This document shows, piece by piece, positions 57,411 to 64,000 of a stretch of DNA of 64,000 nucleotides; within the stretch, counting starts at the first letter, position 1, and the number at the start of each line of letters is the position of its first letter. This stretch comes from an uncultured bacterium. Its GTDB lineage: Bacteria; Babelota; Babeliae; Babelales; Vermiphilaceae. A program made the position numbers and the translations under genes. The DNA is taken from NCBI GenBank assembly GCA_963702025.1, contig OY969699.1, forward strand, positions 1,216,001 to 1,280,000. The letters run 5' to 3'. The notes below the pieces were generated by a model that saw nothing but the letters and a program-made list of their open reading frames with translations, did not search any database and was not told the DNA's origin.

Positions 57411-59001
57411 ATTGTGATTCATAAAAGAACAAAACCGGCGTTTGCTTGCGATCCGAGCCATATCCTTGTTGGGCTATTTTTGCCATTTCTTGTAAAGAAA
57501 CTGCACTAATAGCAGTATCATTACAAAAATACCAAGAATTCCCTACACGCACATATGAAGTATAATGGCCACCTTGCGGATCACCGGCATGGATAACCAC
57601 TCCCTTGAGCCGATATTTTGGTAATGATTTATCAGAAAATGGGTTTATGTTCATATTTTCTAGTTCAAATGAAATTGGTATTCCTTTTTTAATAAATATT
57701 TTATTTTCGGGATTATATATTTTGCGGCGTAAGCTAATAATAAAATATTTGCCCGTTCTTTCTAACTGGCTTAACTTTTTAATTGTTTGTATCCCAGACC
57801 CAATCGTTGTAGATTCAAAAAAACCTTCCATACAATTAATTAATGTTTTATCAGTTTCATCTATCGGCAAAGAAAGAATAGTTTCTTGCGTAATTTTTGG
57901 GCGACGATTAACAAATTGCAGTATGTCAGGATTTTGATTTGCAACATACACAAGACCGGGATATCTTTTCTCGAGCGCCGACAATGTTGGACACTCTTTG
58001 ATCAGTTGGCTAATCTTCAAAGAACCAAGCGCAGGATTATTTTGTAATACGTCATACAATTCGGGATAAAAATTCCCAATATCCCTTATCGTGGTGTTTT
58101 CTAACCCACGAATAACCGTCGATTTTACAGAAAAAGTAACAAGAGAAGCAATTGTATCAACATTCTTGATTGAAACAAAATCGGATTTAGCATCCGCTCC
58201 GATTAGACCGGTAAGAAGCAGCTGCACAAATTCCGCCGCATCTTGGGGTGTTCCTTGGCTTTCTCCCATCATTTTCCAGCCCTGAACACAAAATTCGAGC
58301 GGATTCACCTCCGCTTCTTGCGACGTCTTAAGTTTTTGTATAAGTTTTATATAGCTCTGCGCAATGGTATTTGGCCGATAGGATTCAGCATTTTGCACCA
58401 ACATATCCGTTAAACGATCCAGTCCAAACAAGCATTGAATGGCCGCGTTCATAAAACAACGATTGCCGGTTTTAGGATTTCGCTGCTCAAAATTAACCAA
58501 TCCGTGCGGCTCGCCCGGGATTGCTTTTGTAATGTTTGGAGTTTTTGGAATTGCCGGAAGTGGTCGAGCAAGAACTTTTGGCGCAACAGGGGTTACTGGT
58601 CGCGCTACCGGTTTTTGTATTGTAGCTTGAACTTTATCTATTAATTGTCCCAATACAATATTTGCAAACTGCTCTAAAGAGATAGTGCCATAGATCTTGC
58701 TGGTAATATTTTCTTTTTTATACTCAGGCTTTAATGCGAATTCTTTAATTGTTTGCAATTTTTCAAGAAGACCAGGCAAATTCCCCGAGGGCCTATTCAG
58801 CTCTTTTTGCGCCTCAACCAAAAAATCTTTTACTAACGTTATTCCGGGAGATCGCGCTGAAGATATATCTTCAATCACATTTTCCAAATGATCATTGATA
58901 CGACCGTATTCAGAAAGCACTTCCATTGAAACAACAGTCATCATCGATAAAACAAGTATCTGCACTATCACATGATTAATTTTTTTTGCATCACGTGTCA
59001 T
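57409..59001 (-). CDS. Ubiquitin-specific protease (C19/USP) with signal peptide
   Basis: GLVN...GNRCFMNAAIQCL Cys box, QDAAEF, VIHAG...GGHYTSY...WYFCND His box. Confidence 0.92.
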   Translation of the reverse strand: MTRDAKKINHVIVQILVLSMMTVVSMEVLSEYGRINDHLENVIEDISSARSPGITLVKDFLVEAQKELNRPSGNLPGLLEKLQTIKEFALKPEYKKENITSKIYGTISLEQFANIVLGQLIDKVQATIQKPVARPVTPVAPKVLARPLPAIPKTPNITKAIPGEPHGLVNFEQRNPKTGNRCFMNAAIQCLFGLDRLTDMLVQNAESYRPNTIAQSYIKLIQKLKTSQEAEVNPLEFCVQGWKMMGESQGTPQDAAEFVQLLLTGLIGADAKSDFVSIKNVDTIASLVTFSVKSTVIRGLENTTIRDIGNFYPELYDVLQNNPALGSLKISQLIKECPTLSALEKRYPGLVYVANQNPDILQFVNRRPKITQETILSLPIDETDKTLINCMEGFFESTTIGSGIQTIKKLSQLERTGKYFIISLRRKIYNPENKIFIKKGIPISFELENMNINPFSDKSLPKYRLKGVVIHAGDPQGGHYTSYVRVGNSWYFCNDTAISAVSLQEMAKIAQQGYGSDRKQTPVLFFYESQ

Positions 59002-59075
59002 TATTTCTCCTTTCTTTACCCGCGCATAATAAAAAATATAGGTAATTGCGTGGCTCATTAACAAGAGAAATATTT

Positions 59076-59861
59076 TTAAAATGTAGAGTTAACGCGTTCA
59101 CGAAAGACGGTTAACAACGTGCCATGCCCATTCTCTGATGCCATTTGGATTGGTGTTACCCCAGCAAAATCTTCATCTTTCGGGCAAGCGCCCTGTTCCA
59201 CTAAGAACTGAGCAATTTCAGAATGGCCTTCTTCATAGATTTTTTTATCTTCAAAGGGCCAATAATAATCTTGAGCTGTGAGATAGTGCAAGGCGGTCCA
59301 ACCTTTAATAGTATCTTTAGCGCAAGGATCAACACCTTTTTCTAATAAAGTAAGAGCCACGCAAGGACACAAACGTCTAATGTTTGCCATGAGCATGGTC
59401 CTGCCACAAATGTCGTTGATCGCTGCCGACGCCCCGGCGGCCAATAACAGCATGGCCATTTGGTTATCCGGCTTTGAAAGAACTTTAAAGAGTAGATTGA
59501 CACCATTCCCGTCTGTCTGATCAAGCAAAATTGCTGCGCTGAGCGGATCTAATTCTTTAAGCATCTCTTTTGTCGCACGCACTTGTCCGGTACGAGCAAT
59601 CTGACAAAGATGAGCATGTGCATCTTTATACTGCATTTTTTTTATGCCATCCATTTTTGCCAAATGCGCTATCAACACAGCATGTTTAGATCTATCAGCA
59701 TTGAGTGTAAAAAAGCGAGCATCAATGTATTTGGTTGAAAAGGATCGGCCAACCGGTCCCTTTTTGAAGGATCCTGATGGAAACATTCTTTTAAGGCAAA
59801 ACATGCCATGGCTAGCATTTATTGAAAAAAATATGAAAAATATGGTTGCAAAAATCTTCAT
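59076..59861 (-). CDS. Secreted ankyrin protein with presequence-like segment
   Basis: GWTALHYL, GVTPIQMA; signal peptide SHG-MF followed by an acid-free R/K/S-rich stretch. Confidence 0.85.
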   Translation of the reverse strand: MKIFATIFFIFFSINASHGMFCLKRMFPSGSFKKGPVGRSFSTKYIDARFFTLNADRSKHAVLIAHLAKMDGIKKMQYKDAHAHLCQIARTGQVRATKEMLKELDPLSAAILLDQTDGNGVNLLFKVLSKPDNQMAMLLLAAGASAAINDICGRTMLMANIRRLCPCVALTLLEKGVDPCAKDTIKGWTALHYLTAQDYYWPFEDKKIYEEGHSEIAQFLVEQGACPKDEDFAGVTPIQMASENGHGTLLTVFRERVNSTF

Positions 59862-59926
59862 AAAAATATCCTCGAAAGTGTCATTAATATTTTATAAAGA
59901 TCTTCAAATTGTAGCGTACTGTCAAC

Positions 59927-62134
59927 CTATTTCTCTTTTTTAGATCTTTTGATTACCTCTTGTATTTCCTCTTGCTCAGTCGGCTGCATAATTTCTTCCT
60001 CCTCCGGTTCGGCAAGCGTTATTTCTTCCTCTTCTTCTTGTTTTTTCTTACGCTTTAACTGTGGCGCCGGTTTTGCTTCGGGTTTTATTGAAGCTGCAAC
60101 AGCCGGTTGTGGTGGCAGCACAATACCTGCATTTTTTTGAATCTCATCTAGAATTTCAGCAAGCGAAGATACTTGAGGAATAAAACAATTATATATCTCA
60201 CTTTGCTTCTCCGTCGCGGTGGGAATACTCAAAACAATATGATTGCTATCGAGTATTGCAAAATGTTTAACCAAAGTTGGTTGCCATTCTTTTACTTTTT
60301 TCATTAGCTTGATATTAACAAGTGCCAAAAACAGTTCCTGAGCATTTGAAGAATGTCTTATATAGTGATAATCTGCTATCAAAAAATCATGGGTTAATGG
60401 TTGCAATTTCGACCCGCTAAGAGTATATAGGTTCGGACCTCTTATATTAACAAAATCATGCAGTGTTGCATGAGCATAATCCAAAACATTCAGATCAAAA
60501 AACTGTATCCCATTATAAAAATGCCAATTGAAGCCGCCGGGAACTATAGCTGTTCTATATTCATATGCAAACATAAAGTGACTCGGATCAATTTTAGTGA
60601 TACGTAATTTTGAAAAGAGGAGTTCTTCTTTTGAATTAAAAGGTAATTTCCACGAATATAATTTCTTTCCTGCCACATCCCACAGCTCAAGCTCTCCGGG
60701 ATTAGTTTTGCGGCTGACGAGAATATGATTTTCATCCACCACACATTGCGCAAAAATTTTAGTAGGGTTTTTTAACCTTGTTATTTGTCCGGCTTTCGAT
60801 AAGTCCAAAATATCTATACTTTCACCGGCCCTTATTAAAAGCTGCGTTTCACTTAAAGCCTGAAGACCCTCAATGCTCGATAATTTTAAGACTTCATTGA
60901 ACACTATCTTTTTATCAAATAAATCCCAAATGATGAGTCTCTTTCCTGATCGCTTATGCAATACCGCATATCGTTTACCAAGGGGATCCAATTGCCATTC
61001 ACTACTATAATACCGGACACTTGGATCTTTATACGAACCAATTTTACTAACTCGCCCGGACATTCCATCAATAGTACTTATCTCTAACGACCCTCCGCCC
61101 AAGTGAACAATTAATCCAACCCGTCCATCTGTTAAAGAAAACAGGTCATGTTCTTGCGAAATGGTTGTTATTAACTTTTTGAATAAGGGAGATTCATCCA
61201 GTGCGTCAAAGCGCTCTTTGATTTTCTGGGCCACTGAAGATAATTCCGGAGATAACAGCAGGGTTCTAAAATTTGGTTGCTCACGCAGAATTTCGGCAAT
61301 GTTTGCAGTGATGAATTTGATGATTTTATCAGTAATACGCTCTAAATACATTTTATTGATTTCAAGAATCTTTGCCGCAGGATCATGCATTATTTGCACA
61401 AGCCATTCTAGGGCCTTTGCGCAATTTTTTGGCGTAAGATCAACATGCTGCAAATAAACGAGCTGTGACCGAATGGAAAGTCCGGCTTGCGTTAGATTTT
61501 TGAATATTTCCGGATCAGTGAAATCCAATTGCTCAGCCGCAATGCGCCCAAGCGGCTGTTCAAGGTAGAAAATGCCCCACAGCGATGCATGGTTAAATAA
61601 CGGTAATAGATAATCACCAATATTTGGCAACCCTTCGATAATTTTTTGCAAGGCCAGAATTTGCTGTCCTGCTTTTTTTCCCGCCCAATCCTTCACTTGC
61701 GCAACGATTTTTGCTTTTTCTTGCGCTTCAACCGCCTCCTGGCCCGCCGGCATTACAATGTTTGACCATTTCTCATGCATTGTTTTTTTATACTGCTTTT
61801 CTTCTTCATTCGCCAGTTCTTGCAATTTCACCATCTTTTCAAACATAGTTTTAAAATAAGCAAGCGCCTCACCATTCAGATCATCAATAACAATCGTGCC
61901 GGTGCGCCCTTCTTTAAATTGCGGATTAAATTTTTCGAACAATCCCGGCGCATATTTTTGAATGAGCGCTTTACTGATTTCAACCGATTTGCCATCAGTT
62001 CCCTCCAAAATAAAATTACCCTGCAATACCGGCACGGCAACAGGTTGGGCCAGCGGTGCGGGAATCGACGGCTGACTTGAATACAGAAAAGCAGATAACA
62101 AAATAAAAACAAAAAAAATCGATCTATTTTTCAT
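59927..62134 (-). CDS. Secreted BTB/Skp1-like plus WD40-like beta-propeller protein
   Basis: FILEGTDGKSVEISK.....FKEG.TGTIVIDDLNGEAL; LIIWDL, LELWDV strands; acidic/basic tail. Confidence 0.7.
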   Translation of the reverse strand: MKNRSIFFVFILLSAFLYSSQPSIPAPLAQPVAVPVLQGNFILEGTDGKSVEISKALIQKYAPGLFEKFNPQFKEGRTGTIVIDDLNGEALAYFKTMFEKMVKLQELANEEEKQYKKTMHEKWSNIVMPAGQEAVEAQEKAKIVAQVKDWAGKKAGQQILALQKIIEGLPNIGDYLLPLFNHASLWGIFYLEQPLGRIAAEQLDFTDPEIFKNLTQAGLSIRSQLVYLQHVDLTPKNCAKALEWLVQIMHDPAAKILEINKMYLERITDKIIKFITANIAEILREQPNFRTLLLSPELSSVAQKIKERFDALDESPLFKKLITTISQEHDLFSLTDGRVGLIVHLGGGSLEISTIDGMSGRVSKIGSYKDPSVRYYSSEWQLDPLGKRYAVLHKRSGKRLIIWDLFDKKIVFNEVLKLSSIEGLQALSETQLLIRAGESIDILDLSKAGQITRLKNPTKIFAQCVVDENHILVSRKTNPGELELWDVAGKKLYSWKLPFNSKEELLFSKLRITKIDPSHFMFAYEYRTAIVPGGFNWHFYNGIQFFDLNVLDYAHATLHDFVNIRGPNLYTLSGSKLQPLTHDFLIADYHYIRHSSNAQELFLALVNIKLMKKVKEWQPTLVKHFAILDSNHIVLSIPTATEKQSEIYNCFIPQVSSLAEILDEIQKNAGIVLPPQPAVAASIKPEAKPAPQLKRKKKQEEEEEITLAEPEEEEIMQPTEQEEIQEVIKRSKKEK

Positions 62135-62214
62135 GATAATCCCCTTTAAGAACTATCATTACTCTAATACACCGATTTTTTTAAAAGCAATAATCAATCT
62201 TTATTGCATATGCT

Positions 62215-62634
62215 TCATTTGTTCAATGCCTTGCTGGCATCGCTGGCAGCGCTATCTCTCACGGCATGTTTTGCATACAATTCCGCAGTTTTCTTATTTT
62301 CGTCACATCCGGCGTTACCAACTGCCTCCATTACATCTTCATATACTCTCCAAGATGGATAGCCTCTATCAAATCTTCTGTCAGCAAAATTAATATGCTT
62401 TATAGCATTTTCAATGTTGCCATGGCATTCTTTTCTATCTCTGCATTGATAAGGGCATTTTGTGTTGGGAAAACTGCTAGAACTTGCCGTAAACCGTTTA
62501 TGCAAGAGTATTGAGCTTAATTTCAATGACAAGTTAGGATATTTTTTTTGCAAAGTGTTCCACGGCGGTGCCAAATGTACCATCCCAAATGCTGATGAAC
62601 TAAAGAGAGCAAGATATAACAAAGAAACTTTCAT
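62215..62634 (-). CDS. Small secreted hypothetical protein
   Basis: AAGGA RBS; signal peptide AFG-MV. Confidence 0.6.
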   Translation of the reverse strand: MKVSLLYLALFSSSAFGMVHLAPPWNTLQKKYPNLSLKLSSILLHKRFTASSSSFPNTKCPYQCRDRKECHGNIENAIKHINFADRRFDRGYPSWRVYEDVMEAVGNAGCDENKKTAELYAKHAVRDSAASDASKALNK

Positions 62635-62772
62635 GATTACTATTCCTTACTGTATGTTATAAAAATATTTCTTCAAAAAATGCTTTTCAAGATATTGTAA
62701 TAAACTTGATAGCAAGTTTAAAGAAAAATAATTTTATTAAAAGATAGTTTGAGCAACATTTTTCGATTCCTC

Positions 62773-64000
62773 TTACCGCTTAACAAACTGATCTTTATAC
62801 AGGTGCTCAATTTCTGAAATCGTAGTAGCCTCTGTGGCACTTTTATCAGTGCGATAGCCCATAAAGCGGGGGAACCGTAATGCAAATCCTTGCCTGCTTT
62901 CGGTGCGCGCGGCGCTGTGCAAAGGAGAAATAGTAATTTCATCTGCACGGATGCGGCAGACTATCTGCGGATCAACCCATACATCCGGATATAATTCCTT
63001 AACGCAGATTACATTTTTGGGCTGTTCTTTAACTTTTATCGCGTCGCATTTATACTTTAATTCTTTCCAGTCTTCGTCTTTTAATCCGGTGCCAATTTTT
63101 GCAATTGTTTCAAACCGATCCTCTTTTTTATGGTAAACTCCAACCAAAAATGCACCGACGCCAAAATGTACCCGTTTCCCTTCGCCTGCATAATAGCCAA
63201 GAATCACACAATCAATAGTATCTTCTAAATGCCCCTCTTCTTGGCGCTTTAATTTGATCCAATTAAAATTCCGTTTACCCGGCTGATAAACCGCATCGGT
63301 CCGTTTTACCACTAATCCTTCAAGCCCGGAAGCAATATTATCATTAAAATAATCTTCAAGCTCTTTGGCAGTATTCACTTTTTTTTCTTCAATGATACGA
63401 ATTAAAGGATTATTAAGATCAAATACCTGCCGCAATAGTTTGCGCCGTTCTTCATGCGTATTGGCCATAACCTCTTTGCCATTTAAATACATAATATCGA
63501 AAATAAATACTTGGAGGGGAAAATCCTTGATCGCTTCTTCAATGTCATGCTTACGTTTACGCTTGACCGTTTCTTGAAACTTAGAAAAACTACCGGTATT
63601 GGGATCATAGACTATCGCCTCCCCTTCGCAAATAATGCTTTTAACATCCAGTTTTTCAAACGCGGCTGTTAAATCGGGAAACATAGCAGACATATCCTGC
63701 AAATTACGAGAATAAAAATGGATCACCGGCTTTGGTTTTGTGTTATCAACGTGGATTTGTAAACGAAAGCCATCCAGCTTGGCCTGCGCTTGGCATGGGC
63801 CGATTTTTTCAATAATGGCAGCAGCAGTGGGCAACCGCTCTGCAGCCGCCGGCAAAATAGGAATGCCAACTTGCGCATGAACCTTTTCAATTTTTTGTAT
63901 GCCATGCTCTTTAAGATCTTGCGCGATTAAGCCAATATCGGCACATCTATTATACGCATCTTCAATTATACCACGCAGCGATTTATCACCCGCCTCCATC
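62773..64000 (-). CDS. ATP-dependent DNA ligase (5' part outside the window)
   Basis: KLDGFR adenylation motif, CEGE, FDIM, EGLVVK, WIKLK, ALRFPRF. Confidence 0.95.
   Translation of the reverse strand, partial: MEAGDKSLRGIIEDAYNRCADIGLIAQDLKEHGIQKIEKVHAQVGIPILPAAAERLPTAAAIIEKIGPCQAQAKLDGFRLQIHVDNTKPKPVIHFYSRNLQDMSAMFPDLTAAFEKLDVKSIICEGEAIVYDPNTGSFSKFQETVKRKRKHDIEEAIKDFPLQVFIFDIMYLNGKEVMANTHEERRKLLRQVFDLNNPLIRIIEEKKVNTAKELEDYFNDNIASGLEGLVVKRTDAVYQPGKRNFNWIKLKRQEEGHLEDTIDCVILGYYAGEGKRVHFGVGAFLVGVYHKKEDRFETIAKIGTGLKDEDWKELKYKCDAIKVKEQPKNVICVKELYPDVWVDPQIVCRIRADEITISPLHSAARTESRQGFALRFPRFMGYRTDKSATEATTISEIEHLYKDQFVKR

Noticed and set aside
1800..63905. Numerous short alternate-frame and antisense ORFs in the ORF track
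   Set aside because: Nested within motif-supported genes, without RBS or recognisable domains
62773..64000. ATP-dependent ligase as a sign of phage or archaeal contamination
   Set aside because: Composition matches the rest of the window and such ligases occur in many bacteria

Overview
AT-rich bacterial chromosome segment. Gene content suggests an intracellular parasite of protists, most likely Ca. Dependentiae/Babelota (TM6); this is an inference from the many ankyrin/Sel1 proteins, the ATP-dependent DNA ligase and the eukaryote-like domains. Housekeeping genes (gatCA, rsmG, mreC, dus, sppA, DEAD-box helicase, Fpg-like glycosylase, tRNA-Val/Asn/Asp) are interspersed with roughly 30 signal-peptide-bearing candidate effectors. 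Main observations: (1) a signal-peptide-bearing, non-canonical class II-like ribonucleotide reductase (NPCGE changed to APCAE, specificity loop deleted, no C-terminal Cys pair) is paired with a NUDIX gene, and a nearby thioredoxin-ankyrin protein ends in an RNR-like CENGSC tail; (2) about 20 unrelated proteins have a Met immediately after the predicted signal-peptidase site (mostly M-E/D/Q), and two continue with mitochondrial-presequence-like segments; (3) a 7.5-kb serine-recombinase plus rolling-circle-Rep element is integrated in tRNA-Asp, and its reconstructed attP lies inside the recombinase gene and adds 34 residues on excision; (4) a host-ubiquitin toolkit is present (USP deubiquitinase, BTB plus beta-propeller, three BC/SOCS-box-like paralogs, U-box-like and F-box-like proteins); (5) toxin-type RNase folds recur in secreted proteins; (6) a long structured inverted repeat shows covariation and a nested REP-like insertion. 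All calls are from motif reading only; no searches were run.
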